Below are positions 37,301 to 50,140 of a DNA stretch of 64,000 nucleotides, one piece after another. The stretch is from Anolis carolinensis (Eukaryota). The notes below the pieces were generated by a model. That model was not told the origin of the DNA and did no database searches. It saw only the letters and a list, made by a program, of their open reading frames with translations. The stretch spans positions 135,966,622 through 136,030,621 of the forward strand of contig NC_085844.1 of the NCBI RefSeq assembly GCF_035594765.1, given 5' to 3'. The stretch's first letter is position 1. Every line of letters begins with the position of its first letter. The position numbers were made by a program, and so were the translations under genes.

Positions 37301-40300
37301 ATGTTTTATATTTTATACTGTATTTAATTGGTTGTAATACATTTTTATATGTTGTTGTTTTTAATGATGTGTCGGCATCGAATTGTTGCCAATTGTACGC
37401 CACCCTGAGTCCCTTCGGGTGAGAAGGGCGGGATAGAAATATTGGAAATAAATAAATAAATAAAACGTCTGGTTTAAGTAGCACATGAAAAGCTATAGTT
37501 TCCTGCATAGGCCTTCAAGGATAAGACACATATCATCTACAAATTCTCATAGAACTTTATACTTTTGCTCTCTCTTCATTTCTTTTATAGTTGGCTCAAG
37601 TGATATACCTACTGTACCAACCATTTCACTGTTAGACACCATCCACAGAACTCAAAGAGCACCACATAAACAAGTAAAATGAGTAATGTGGTAAAAAATC
37701 TGCAGAGCCAGGAAGTAATGATAAAAGGAGATTTGTGAACAGTTTATTTTCAGAGCAGATTCACTCCTGTGCTTCGCAACAGTACATTTAAGACTGGGTT
37801 GACCAGAGCTGCATTAGGAATACTGCTTGTGTACCAGCTACCTTCCTGCCCATGGGCATCTGCTCACGTTGCCTGAAATGGTCGTGTGATTAGTATGCTT
37901 GATTTCTACACATCTTTGTTATCAAATTGAAGATGGCTGACTTGGTGAATCGAGGAAGTTACCCCTTTGAGAGGGGGAGCTATTCTACCCACTTTAAAAG
38001 TTGTCTCAAGGTCTGAAGATGCTGGCTATAGTTGCCAGCAAAATGTCAGGAGAGAATGCTACTGGAACATGGCCATACAGCCCAAAAGCTCATAGCAACC
38101 CAGTGTGATTCCAGCCATAAAAGCCTTCAACATTCCATCTTATGTTCCATGATCATTAACAACTATATCAGAGGTGGGCAAATTTTACAGCCAGATATCC
38201 TCAAACTTCTACCTTTGGGTCACAGGGTCCCCATCCGATCTACATGGAGCTTCTGGTGATAGTTATCTAAGGGTTTGAAGTAAAGTGTCATTAATATGCT
38301 AATGGCACACAGCTCTCCTTCCTTCTGCCATCTGAACCTGTTCTGGTAATGAACTGCAAACTGTACATCCTAAATGGATTGTACAGGTGCTACTGAACTG
38401 AAGCTGAATTTTAGTAACCTAGAAGCATTACAGTTGGTGATTCAGACATCTGAAAAATCAGGATTCAAGTAATTCTGGACAAGATTGCACTCTTCTTGAA
38501 AATGATAAGTAATTTAGGATTCTCCTTGAACAGTATGGAGTCATACAACCACAATCTTAGACTAGTGCTCTGCTTTGTGTGGACATCTTTTGGGATACAA
38601 ATGTAGACAAGAGTTCTATATCTCATACAGATACACAGATATACATCATCCTTAAATTGAAAAATAATTTCACTTACGGCATAATTTCAGTGGGTGCCTC
38701 CCTAGATTGCAAGAGCTGAGACAGAACATAGCCAACGCCTTCCTGCACCACCACATGAGGAGACTGGAAACAGAGAACAATACTCAGCCTCCAATGGTTT
38801 AGAGTTAAAACAGAGCCTTTGGAATTTATTTGTTGGGTCTACAACTCCCAAATACTCTTGGCCAGGATAGCCAGTGATTATATTAGCTGGGAAACTTTGG
38901 AAGTCAAAGGTTCGCATACAATCCAAAGTGCAAGTAGGGGCCAGAAATGACCATAAACAAAATAATCATAGACTGAACATGCAATGTCAGCCTTAAGAGA
39001 AGTGTTTGAGATACTGTGTGAACAATAGTTAAGGTCACCAATATTTCTAACAATACAGTAAAGCAGAAATGTGTTACATATCTTGTTGACACACATATCC
39101 AGTCAAGGAGACTCTTTGAAATTTCAATATATTCCTTCAAAAATATATCAGAAAATTATAATTTTAAGTAACATGCTCAGTGATATTACAGCCAAATGTA
39201 CTCTTTGACGAGACAAGATGCCTAGAAAAAACTGCTCATCACTCACCTGGATGCAGGATGCCAATACTGGGATAATGCCTTGGGGTAGAAGTTGCTTCTT
39301 CACAGCCTTCATTTCAACCACCAGATTCCCCAGCGTATACAAACACAGTTCCTAAAATACATTGGCATAAAGTGTGTCCCATCACAGAATTATAGAATTT
39401 AAGAGATCACATGGGCCATCTAGTCCAACCCTTTTTGTTATGCCGGAAAAGCACAATCAAATTACCCCTGACAGATGGCCACCCAGCCTCTGTTTAAAAA
39501 CCTCTCCAAGGAAGGAGCTTCCACCACATTCCAAGGCAGGAAGTTCTTCCTAATGTTCAGATGGAATCTCCTTTCCTGTCATTTGAACCCCCTGTTCCAA
39601 GTTCTAGTATCACTTGTTTGTTACTGAAGATTTTTTTTTTGCATAATACTACAAATATATGTTTACATTTCTAGAAACAACCATTTTCACTAGAGCAGCA
39701 GAGAACAGAAAATAGTATTTCAGAAAGCAAAATTTTAACGTCTCAACAGGAAAGACTACATGTATGAGAATTACATAACTTGGTTCTATAACAGCTGAAA
39801 GGATCAACAACTTCATGCTAAGCATTTGCAAATGTTTTCAGCAAGCAATGTTTGGAAGTCAGAATCCATTTTTGGCTGCCAGACTGCTTTGCAATTAAGT
39901 TCACAATATTCTCTTGTCCCGTACTTTCTTAGCTTTACAGACATTGCAAGATGTCCTTATAGTTAAGATCAAATGTTTTATTCTGGGACACACAGGCTTA
40001 CAGTTGAATAAGGTCTTGCTTACAGATTGAGGCCTCCAAACCCAAACCAACAGACCCTAAATTGCAGTAAAGCTGGCAGCAGTGTGCTATATTTTATCTT
40101 AGGTTATTTTTTAAAACTCCAAAGAAACAATTTTCAAACTTCCATGCTATCCGTGTGGAACCAGATATGTGCACTGAGGCATGTTTCAGCCACTTCCAGC
40201 TTAACAGAAGCATGACCAATTAAGCACAGGCTTGGCTCTCACCATGAGGGGTATACTGTGTCCAGAAAGGTAAGTCAGGAGATAGGAGGTTGCTGGCAAA

Positions 40301-43300
40301 CATGCCCCAGCAACATCGGGGTCACTGGAGTGTGATAGTTCATGTAAACAGCGAGCTGCATCCATCTGCAAATCTGCCATATTGCTGGTGAAGAGTCCAA
40401 TCAACACCCGCATGCTGCCTTCCAACCTACCAAATAAAAACAGGCAATGCCATTTCTTTTTGCTTTAACATTTCTTATTTGCTGCATCACTGAAGGGGAA
40501 AAAAGAACATGGCATTCAACTCCAATATTACTGAGAATCTACTTGATGCAGACAAAATATGTAATTTTGATAAAGACAAATGTTCCTATTAAAACCATTA
40601 GATGATTACTCATAAAATGAATGGGAAAATCCTCTAAATTCAGTCAGCTCAGAGATGGCTACCAAAAAATGCAAATTATTTAACCTGATGAATTTCTGCT
40701 GAGTTTCTTTGTGCCGCAGTCCTTGTCGAAGACGTCGCAGTGATACTGCCCGATCTTCTGTTCCTTTCCGGATGTTTTTCAGCAACTGTGAAACCTGCCC
40801 ATGAACAATACTGAATCAATGGCAAGCCTTGAATAGAAAGCAAAAATATTTATTTATCGTACCAGAAGTGAACCGAGGGTACAGTTGTAATGTATTTAAA
40901 AATACAAACAAAGTTAAAAACTTGGCATTATACTAAATGTCCTTTGACCAGTAGCTGGCCGCTTGGAGTGCCTCTGGTGTTGCTGTAAGAAGGTCCTCCA
41001 TTGTGCATGTGGCAGGGCTCAGAATGCACTGTAGTAAGTGGTCTGTGGCTTGCTCTTCTTCACACTCACATGTTGTGGACTCCAGTTTCTTAAGGTTGGC
41101 TCTGCATCTCGTAGTTCCACAACGCAGTCTGTTCAGTGCCAAGTCGCCCAGTCTTCTGTGCACCCAGGGGAAAGTTTCCCATCTGGTATCAGCCACTGAT
41201 TGAGGTTCCAGGTTTTAGTCTGCCACTTTTGGACTCTTGCTTGCTGAAGTGTTCCTGCAAGTTTCTCTGTAGATCTTAGAAAACTATTTCTTGATTTAAG
41301 GCGTTGGTGTACTGGCTGATATCTGAATAGGGAATGGGTCAGAGATGTCACTGCCTTGGTCCTTTCATTATTGGCTGCTACTTCCCAAGGATGTCAAATA
41401 TATGGAATGATTGTCATTACAAAATTCTGCCATAATTTCCTATAGTGTCTACTAAGTTATTATACAATCACTTCATAAAGGCTTTTACATGTACAGAATT
41501 CTGTTCATTGTATCATATTCACAACAAACTTAGTCAATTATCCATGACAGAATACAATCACATTTGTTGAGGAATTATACTTCTCTAAAGAGGCACCTGT
41601 TACTACACAGGCATTGAGAGATTAATCTCTTGTTACAATTTAACAGAATTCATTGTTGCTTAAGTATATCTGTTCTTACCAGAGCTTTACTAGCATCCAT
41701 TGGCAATTTTGGGCCTCATATTAGGGCTATCAGAACAGCTTTATCAGCACTAGAAGCCTACTGAAAGCTGCCTGATAAGCATTTAACTTTCCAGCTTTTT
41801 TATTCTGTCTTGATGCCCACCGAGTTTTACAGATGATCAATCAAAATAGAAATCAAGGGGGTTCATTACCTGTGTTTAATGTCTCTATTTCTAACTATAC
41901 ATTGGATGCACAGTAGAAGTTTTATCTATCCTCAGTTAGTGCACCTCTAAAGAGGTTCATTCCACAATCAGGCTAATTACTGATTTTTTCGCTTGCTTTC
42001 AATATGGAGATGTTTCTTATCTTTGTTTATATTCTAAAGCATCTGGCATTTAACCCCCAGTTGCAGCCAGTTCTCAAATGATCCTGACTAATACAGACAA
42101 ACTCTCCACAATCTAATTGTATCAATTCTTTTGCCATTTATCTTACATTCTATAGATCAGGGCTTCTTCAACTTTTTCCACTCAGGACCCCTTTCTGCCC
42201 AAGAAATTATGATGTTACCATGATTATATAAAATAGGTATAAAATCCAACATTTACTGAAATCAAATCAGCATTTGCAAGGCTTGCTAAACAGGCTGGTT
42301 CCACTTTAAATGCTGCACAACAGATTATTGCAAATGTCGAAAACAGCCACTAGGTGATGTTCAGAAACCTTTTCCTGTAGTCAATTTTTTTCAGAACTCC
42401 AACATTAAGTTAAGGCGACTCTTTTTGGAGTAGGGACCCACAGTTTAAGAAGCAGTGTACTAGACAACCAACTATAACTGGTTATTACATATGACTGAAA
42501 GTTTAGAAGAGTCTTTGTTGGGTACCGATAAATATATGCCTTTTCTCTACCAGACCAAAACTAACTGCATACCTTGAAAGACATTTGTACACAGAAAACC
42601 TTTCTGAAGTAAATTCTGATGCTTACCATAGTGTGATAACTAGGGACAAACCCCGTCAGGAAGAAACTACAGCTGGTGCATTTATAAGGCACTACTGTCA
42701 CCTCACTCAGTGACCAATCTAGATTTAGCAGCACCCCCATACCTTCAGAAATGGGGTTACAAAGTGGATCCCACAACATGTGACTGTGGAGAAGAGCAAA
42801 TCACATACCACCTACTGTAATGTATTCTGAGCCCTGCTACATGCACAATGGAGGAAATAACATGAGAAATAAATAGCACCCCATGCTGTAGTTCTTGTTC
42901 TTTGGGACAAGGCTTTTTGTTGTTTATCAAGAAGACCACAGATAGACTGCAGAGTTAAATGATGCTTTAAAAATGTGTTTAGAATTTTTAAAAAATCAAT
43001 TACAATTTTTTTAATTAAAAAGTAGATTAATATTAATATGAATATAAGAATGTTAGTCTTAACATTAATTGGTTTGCATACGAAACAAAGTCAGGCACTG
43101 CTTAGAAATACGTTTCTTAATTAATTACACATACACCACAAGCTGATGCAACTCCCCCCTCCCCTACCTCTTAATTTTATTTTTGTTGGAGTTGTAAAAA
43201 TATTATTTCAAAGAAAGAAAGTATGAGAAAAGAACCAAGAAAAATTGAGATGTGCAGATATACACATAGGCTGGGTATATAAATTAAAATAACATTACCA

Positions 43301-46300
43301 CATTTCCAAAAATACACATTCAAAAGTAGCTAAAACGATATTATCAGACAATTGAATGATATGAGGGTGATTGTTTATCTTCCCAATCGTGGAATATTAA
43401 GCATTATAACAACAAAAGTATGCAGGATCCAACCAGTTCGACTATCAGATGCATATAAACAATTGAAAACAACATAAAAAGGAAGCAGGGAGGCAGAGGG
43501 GAAAAAGAGAAACTTGACTAACAAGTTTTTATTTTAGCATGACATTTGGTGGATATAAATCCATTTCTTCAGATGCAGCACTGAATGATATTCAGATGTT
43601 AAGATATAATGCAGTTCTGGGAGTGGGAACGAATGTAAATAGGATCCCAAAAGATGAAAATCATGATGCTTATTGGATCCTATTACATTCTATCCTACTC
43701 TCACAACTGTGTAAATATGTGTTATATCCCGAGGCCTTGATATCACTCTGTATTGGTTTTATATAATTAAAATCTCACTCTAAAATAAAAACCAGTCAGT
43801 CTCAAAACTTCTGCAATGTTCCTTATTGCTTCCCTTTCCTCCTTTTTGTTGCAAAATACTACCATGACTACTTATTTAAAAGAATATGCATATCTACAAA
43901 CACAAAATATTTTGACAAAAATATATATACTGTAATATATCCAGCCCAAAGATTGTGACCACTGAATATGCTCACATCACATGCCATCATGATGTGGCAA
44001 TACTGCACTCTACCTATCAGTTACCCACAGGTGTGCTGTGGTAACAGGTGGAATTGTTTCCCTACCTCTTCTTCAGTGAGAGGAGCTGCTGTCTCAGTGT
44101 CAGTTCCAATTTGCCCTTCATCATTCAAGGGGTCTTCATGTAACAGACGCTTACTGATCAACTGCTGCAACCTCCGTTCACTCCTCAGAGCTGTAATGGA
44201 AGAACATTCTGCTATCAGAATCACCTATTATCAGAGTATGGCGGAAGGCAGAGAAGTGAGAGGTGTTATTTAGTGCAACAATGGGACATGCTCAAATCTG
44301 TTGGGCCATCTAAAGCCACAATCGCCTAGGAAAAATATGATGAATGCCTGAGAAGAGAGAACATCTCCTTTATAAGCAAATTTCAAACCTGGCTCCCAAA
44401 TGGTTGTTGTTAAGTTATATTTTTACGATAGCTTATATGTTTTTGTGTTTTAATTCATTGTAATTGCAACGTATTTTATGTTGATATATTTTATTGCTGT
44501 ATTACTGGGCTTGGTCCCCATGTAAGCTGCCCCGAATCCCCTTGGGGAGATGGGGCGGGATATAAGAATAAAGTTATTATTATTAAATGCCATGGGCATT
44601 TAACTTCTAAAAGCCCAATAGTTAAGGATTCTGGTTTGAGCACTTAATGTCTAGGAATCATTGGACTAAGTACTATGCAAGTAGGGCAAAAATGAGAAAG
44701 GCTTTGTTGACTTGAATGAATGCATAGCCAAAGAAGGAAAATAATACTATAGTCTGTGAGTAGTCAGAGTGAAGAATGCTTAGTCACTGAAATGAAATTT
44801 GCTTTAGCCTCACTAACAAAATCAGTTAATCTATACCTGCCAACTTCGAATTATGGTAATCCAATGAATGAGAGACCTTCAAGTCAGCCTTCATCAACAG
44901 CCCTGCTTAGGTCTTGCAGAAGTAGGGCCATGTCTTCTTTAACTGGGTCTATCTAAAATCGTCTTTCTCTTTTCCTATTGACTTTTAACTTACCAAGTCT
45001 CATTGTCTTTCCTAATAAGTTATGTTTCTTCATAATATGTCTAAAAGGCAACAGCCTGAGTTTAGTTATCTTGGCTTCTACAGAAATTTCAAGCTCAGTT
45101 TGCTCTAAGACCCATTTATTTGTGTTTTTAACAATCCCTGGTATCTGCAGAACAATGATAAAGCACCGCAATTCAAATTCTCTTCCCATCAGATTTCATC
45201 ACTACACAGCTTTCATAATCATAAATAGAAACTGAATATACAACGGCATGGACAATCGTAACTTTAATATTTAATATGTATCTTTACACCTTGCCATAAA
45301 GATATGTCAAAATCTATTAGTTGCAACTAATGAGCAAGAAATATTTGAATTTATTTGCACAAGATGTGTGCAAATAAAGTCTTCCTAATTTACACAATTC
45401 ACAAACCTATCAGAGATTTATGATATAATAAATATTTTAGAATTTTGGACATGTTTAGAGTAGCACTAGGCTTTCTGGAGTAACAATCACCATCTTAAAA
45501 TACATGCATTGCAACATTTAGTTATTAAAGAACGTAAGCACTTCAGAGGTCACCACCCAAATCCAGTGAAAACTAAAAAAAAAGTCACTCTTAGATATTT
45601 TTAGTGTCAAAGCCTTCTTGCTCCTTCACTTGATGCCACACTGCAAAACTACAGTTCCCTACACATGCTCAACATTGCACAGCCTACTCAGAACAATGAA
45701 ATGCAATTAACAAAAAACTACAATGAAAACTCTTGGTTTGACATGGATTAAAGAATTTCCATTTTCACTCAAACATAACAATGCTAGGATTCAGCATCTG
45801 TTAAGGTTATTTCTTTTAATAAACAAGCTTAGACAATAGAGGACAGTATTTAATAACAACAATACATATAACATTTTTCTTTACCACTTCCCATATCCAA
45901 TATTTCAAAATGATATTGTATTCTTTGCTGGAGTTAACTTCAGCAGTGTCATGGAGCTGAATGGCTTTCTAGTGAACTTGTAATCATACTACACTTTAAA
46001 GAGCAGGTATGGTGTGCATCCCACTTTAAATCCTGTGGCTGCTTCCTGCAGAATTCTGGGATTTGTAATTTAGGGAGGGGGGCCTTTAAAATTCTTAGCC
46101 AGAGAGGTCCTGGGTCTCACTAAACAAGTAGACACATGGAATCCATGCAACTGAAACTGGAGTGGATTTCTCCAGCACTCCAGCTGGTAGCCACTTCTCT
46201 CCTAAATGATTAGAAGAGAAGTAATTATCACCAACAGAAGATTTTTTTAAGATAAAGGATTCATCTACACTGTAGGCATATTGCAGTTTCACCCCACTTT

Positions 46301-47220
46301 AACTGCTATGGCTCAATGTTCTGGAAACCTAGGAGTTGAAGTTTGTTGAGCCACCAGCACTCTTTGGCAGAAAATACTACAGTTCCCATAATTCCATAGC
46401 ACTGAACCATAATAGTTAAAATGGGGCCAAACTACATTAATTCCGCAGTCTACATGAATACTTGATTGGTTTATGTGATGGAACTTGAGGTTGAGGCCTT
46501 TGAGACCTCCTAATAACTCTTCATCGAAGTCCAGATTGATAATTATCTGATCATGTGGGATGTGGCGACTCTATTTCCTCTCCCAATTTTTTATTTTTAT
46601 GTTTTTCTATATTTTTTCAGGATTATGCACAAATGGGAAATAGCATTTCTGAAGAGGTAGAGGCCATGGTTCCATATACACTTTCCTCTCTCATAATGTA
46701 TTTGTACAGTTTAGTTTGTTCTGTAATCATGATCTTGAAATTAGTTTATCTTTTTTGATATAATAGATTCCTAGTAAAACAGACAAATGTAGGGCCAAAA
46801 AAGGACTTTATGATGTTGCTGTGTGGCTCCCCATGCTCTAGTTTGGATTTCTGATTTTTAAGTAGCATGTCCAAGTTTGTGTTTTCTATTGCAAATGTAT
46901 TTTTGTTGGAAGTTGGGAGAGGAAAGGGTGGATTTTAAGCTGTAATTTGGCAATCCGATTTGTGTCAGCTGTCGTTCCTTTCTTTTATTTCAATCCATCC
47001 TTTCTGATGCTTGTTTTCTTACAGCTGACTAAAGTATTCTAAATGCAACTCGACAGAGGGAAACTTCATACAAACCTGATTCATGCTCTCTCCTCCAGGC
47101 ACGCAGCTCCTCAACATTGCAGCCGTGGGTTCGGTAACGATTTCTCCTCCAGTTCCCTATTGCAGGGTGGGTGACTGTTTTCCCTGCTCCTGGATCTGGG
47201 AGTGACTCAAGAGAATACAT
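32184..47220 (-). CDS. TMCO6: Transmembrane and coiled-coil domain protein 6 (importin-alpha-like IBB/ARM protein), 536 aa
   Basis: Exons 47220-47076, 44190-44066, 40794-40685, 40426-40243, 39351-39247, 38763-38678, 36753-36637, 36179-36068, 35982-35802, 34941-34847, 33359-33192 and 32366-32184 sum to 1611 nt in one open frame. Peptides EGSMRVLIGLFTSN..AARCLHELSHS..ACLPATSYLLTYLS, AVEFAWGLHYIIC and VLTVLCNVAAKG match recalled human TMCO6. Confidence 0.93.
32430..33143. mobile_element. Non-autonomous hAT element (OposCharlie1/OC1-like ends)
   Basis: TIR CAGGGGTCCCCAAACT and perfect 8-bp TSD GTCCAGGG (32422-32429, 33144-33151). Confidence 0.85.
34309..34358. repeat. (AAT)n microsatellite (tail of a short L2-type insertion)
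   Basis: About 16 perfect AAT units. Confidence 0.95.
36257..36576. mobile_element. Tc1/mariner MITE (same family, inverted)
   Basis: Same TIRs, TA TSD. Confidence 0.9.
36815..37465 (+). mobile_element. L2-type LINE 3' end
   Basis: LQLVQRAAARLITG..TPLLSQLHWLP..FKVLVLTYKALNG..RAFSVVAPRLWN and an (AAAT)n tail. Confidence 0.9.
38010..38132 (+). mobile_element. Penelope-like 3' fragment
   Basis: ctgaagatgctggc..gtcaggagagaatgct..ggaacatggccatacag..aaagccttcaaca. Confidence 0.65.
39385..39605 (-). mobile_element. CR1 3' fragment
   Basis: tagtccaacc..acagatggcca..gttcttcctaatgttcag matches the other CR1 copies. Confidence 0.75.
40845..41390 (-). mobile_element. Vingi-like retrotransposon 3' end (second copy; small third piece ~42760-42855)
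   Basis: [38 protein letters not shown], with the same tail as the 4.3 kb copy. Confidence 0.75.
42158..42457. mobile_element. hAT-like MITE
   Basis: Imperfect TIR CAGGGCTTCTTCAACT / AGTTTAAGAAGCAGTG. Confidence 0.55.
44880..45310 (-). mobile_element. RTE-clade LINE fragment
   Basis: LQIPGIVKNTNKWVLEQ..LRLLPFRHIMKKHNLLGKTMRLGK resembles the RTE/BovB ORF C-terminus. Confidence 0.7.
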
Positions 47221-47724
47221 CGCTAGGACACCAAGGCTGTGTAGCCCTGATCAGGTTTGCGCAGTGAAAGCAAAATGTACACCTTTCTAAGGGGGGCAGA
47301 ACCGCCTCTGTAGACAGCCAAGCAGCCAGAATTGTCATCTTCAGTAGGTCTACATGGGATTGGTGCTAAGCCTTTCTCTTCATATAATACAACTCCTAGC
47401 ACCTACAAGTCTCTTGAGTTGTCAGTCTCAGCAAGAGCAAAGTTCTGCCTTTCAGTAGTTCTGGGGAGACAGAAAAATGGAGTGATTGTGACAAGATGTA
47501 CCACAAGTTCAGTATCACTTGGCCCAGAAGTTCAGGACCTCCTCCCACCCACAAAGTACAATGAACACATAAATATCCCATCATGGGGACTCAAGGTGGG
47601 TCACAATATAAAAGGCAAACATTCAATGCCATATGATACAATATATTAAAATAATTCAAAATAAACATAACATGGTTCCTTACAAGTTTCAGATAGTACA
47701 GTCTCTGCTGGGCCATCTTAACTA

Positions 47725-48262
47725 ATGCTTCGGGTCCAACCCACCTTCGAGACCGCATCTCCTTCTATGAACAGGCACGGGCATAGATATCTGCTGGGGA
47801 GGCCCTTCTCTTGGTCCCGCCAGTCTCAAATATGGTTGGTGGGGACAAGAAAGTGGGCCTTCTCGGTGGTGGCTCCCCGGCTCTGCAATGCCCTCCCTAG
47901 AGAGATCAGGCTAGCCCCCTACCTTCAAGCCTTCTGTTCCAGCTTATAAGCATGGCTTTTTAAGCAAGGCTTTGATCTTACGTAGGTTTTTTAGGATTAG
48001 TCCTAGGCCTTACTGTTGGCATCACGTCAACACTGGGCTGTGTCAATCAAAACAACTTGTTTTTATTTGCAGCTATGACTTCATTTTATGAATTTTTTGT
48101 TTTACATTGTAATTATGTGTGTGATTGTAATTCTATGGTTTTATCATTTTAGATTTGTGTACTATCGATATACAGCACTTTGTTGTATTTTGTTAGCCGC
48201 CCCGAATCCCTTCAGGGACATAATGGCAGGATAGAAATAAAATTTATTGTTATTATTTATTA
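47725..48262 (+). mobile_element. L2-type LINE 3' end
   Basis: WAFSVVAPRLCNALPREIRLAP plus terminal stem-loop and (ATT)n tail. Confidence 0.8.
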
Positions 48263-48264
48263 TA

Positions 48265-48480
48265 ATAATGTTGCTGTATGGGTGCCCCAGGTCAGATCCT
48301 CCTTCACAGTGACACCCAGGAACTTAAAACTGGCCACCTGCTCCACTTGGTCTCCATTTATGACCAAGGGTTGGATTTCTGGTCTGTCCTTCCTATAAGC
48401 TCCTTGGTCTTGTTGATATTAAGAACCAGGTGATTGTCCAGTACTAGAGCAGCTGATCCACCTCATCCTGATAGGCAGAA
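48265..48480 (-). mobile_element. Rex1/Babar-like LINE RT fragment
   Basis: Minus-strand translation ..AYQDEVDQL..HLVLNINKTKEL..PLVINGDQVEQVASFKFLGVTVKEDLTWGTH. Confidence 0.65.
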
Positions 48481-48696
48481 TCATAACTTAATTTTCAGGA
48501 AAGGATTAAGCATATTGCAAAGGTGAACGGATCTTGCTGGACTGTAGAAAATTTATTTACTTTGTTTATATCCCACCTTTCCCACCCTGAAGGAGACTCA
48601 CAACAGGCACAATTTGATGCCAAACATAGATAATATAGAAAAACAACACTTATTTTAAAATCACATAATTAAAACATATTAATCTTAAAACCATTA

Positions 48697-49014
48697 CAGT
48701 AGAGTCTCACTTATCCAACATAAACGGGCCGGCAGAACATTGGATAAGCAAAAATGTTGGATAATAAGGAGGGATTAAGGAAAAGCCTATCAAACATCAA
48801 ATTACATTATGATTTTACAAATTAAGCACCAAAACATGTTTTACAAGTCTGCCACTTGTTTGGGAGCATGGCTCCACTTGTTTTGTAGTGGGGCATGTTG
48901 GACCACTGCGCGTTGCTGCCTAGAGAAACAGCTGTGGATCCAGGCGGGTGGCAGACTGCGTTGGATAATACAAAATGTTGGATAAGCAAAGGTTGGATAA
49001 GCGAGACTCTACTG
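48697..49014. mobile_element. Tc1/mariner MITE (variant subfamily)
   Basis: Same TIRs and TA TSD; distinct right internal segment shared with the 59.8 kb copy. Confidence 0.85.
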
Positions 49015-49127
49015 TATTTAAAAATCAGACAATGCAAAGCAAATTCCTGGAGCCATTCCAGTTGTCAATTGCATTGTTCATTGTGGCCCTGGGAGTCATT
49101 GTACAAAGGCTTGGTCCCAGTTCGAAC

Positions 49128-49351
49128 TATTTTATTATTTATTTACAGCATTTATATTCCGCCCTTCTCACCCCGAAGGGGACTCGGGGCGGATCACATT
49201 ACACATATAGGCAAACATTCAATGCCTTTTTAACATAGGACAAAGAGAAACATAGCTCCGAGCGGGCCTCGAACTCATGACCTCTTGGTCAGAGTGATTG
49301 ATTGCAGTTAATTGCAGCTGGTTTGCTCTCCCGTCTGCGCCACAGCCCCGG
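49128..49351 (-). mobile_element. tRNA-head / L2-tail SINE
   Basis: Minus strand: CCGGGGCTGTGGCGCAG (A box) .. GAGTTCGAGGCCC (B box), joined to the L2-type 3' end GGCATTGAATGTTTGCC..CCGCCCCGAGTCCCCTTCGGGG..GGGCGGAATATAAAT(AAAT)n. Confidence 0.7.
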
Positions 49352-49559
49352 ACTACTTTTAACTGCCATGGCTCAAGGCTATGGGGATTTGGGAAGTTGT
49401 AGTTTTACAATGCTTTTTATGACCAATGGTGCAGGTGCCTCCCCAACAACGCCCAGGATTCCGTAGCATCAAGCCATGGTGATTAGAAGTGTTGTCAACC
49501 TGCATCAACTTCACAGTGTAGACGCACCCAACTCCAGCCAGCACAGCCAAGGTTGAGGG

Positions 49560-49990
49560 AAGATGGGAGACAGCGTGGGAGCCCAGAAAAGAAAACAAGG
49601 CGCACGTGGGGGAGGAAAAACCGGAAGCAAAGGTCCCTTAGGCCCCTCAGCCTGGCAGTTATAATGCTCAGGTTAGAATCGAAGTCCCTCTCTTCCATGC
49701 TACCTTTTGTTTCTTTCGCAGCCAGGGGTACGCTACAACTCCGTGAATACAGGCAGAGGAAATCGAAACATGGCCTTCAAGGGAGAGACCCGCCAAAGAC
49801 TGAGGCGACTCTACCATCGCGTGAGTCTGTGGTTCCTTTCCAAGACCGCCGCCTTCTTCTTCTGCGCAGGCGTACTGAGCAGGCAAGGACGGCTTCAGCC
49901 AAAATAAGAGCAAAGGGGAGGAGACTGAGCCGCCTCGCCCTTTCCCTTCCTCTGACGTCATCAGTATCCTAGCAACCACGCAACGATCCC
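49560..49990 (-). promoter_or_regulatory. Probable TMCO6 CpG-island promoter and non-coding first exon
   Basis: CpG-rich island with perfect CRE TGACGTCA 49953-49960, RFX X-box GTATCCTAGCAAC 49964-49976 and NRF1-like TGCGCAGGCG ~49863. The ATG exon is preceded by a splice acceptor (tag at 47225-47223); candidate donor ATG|gtagag at 49815/49814. Confidence 0.65.
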
Positions 49991-50006
49991 TTTGCTTCAG
50001 CTAAAG

Positions 50007-50140
50007 CAGTCAAGGGCAAGCTTAGGCCCTCCAGGTGTTTTGGACTTCAACTCCCACAATTCCTAACAGCCAGTAGGCTGTTAGGAATTGTGGGAGTTGA
50101 AGTCCAAAACACTTGGAGGGCCCAAGCTTGCCCATGCCTG
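50007..50140. mobile_element. Palindromic hAT MITE
   Basis: Perfect 8-bp TSD AGCTAAAG and near-perfect fold-back. Confidence 0.9.

Noticed and set aside
46485-47030. Possible L1/Tx1 fragment on the minus strand
   Set aside because: Composition is suggestive, but I could not read a convincing endonuclease motif.
49553-49979. ORFs over the TMCO6 CpG island
   Set aside because: GC-rich artefacts; no homology and no in-frame link to the TMCO6 ATG exon found.
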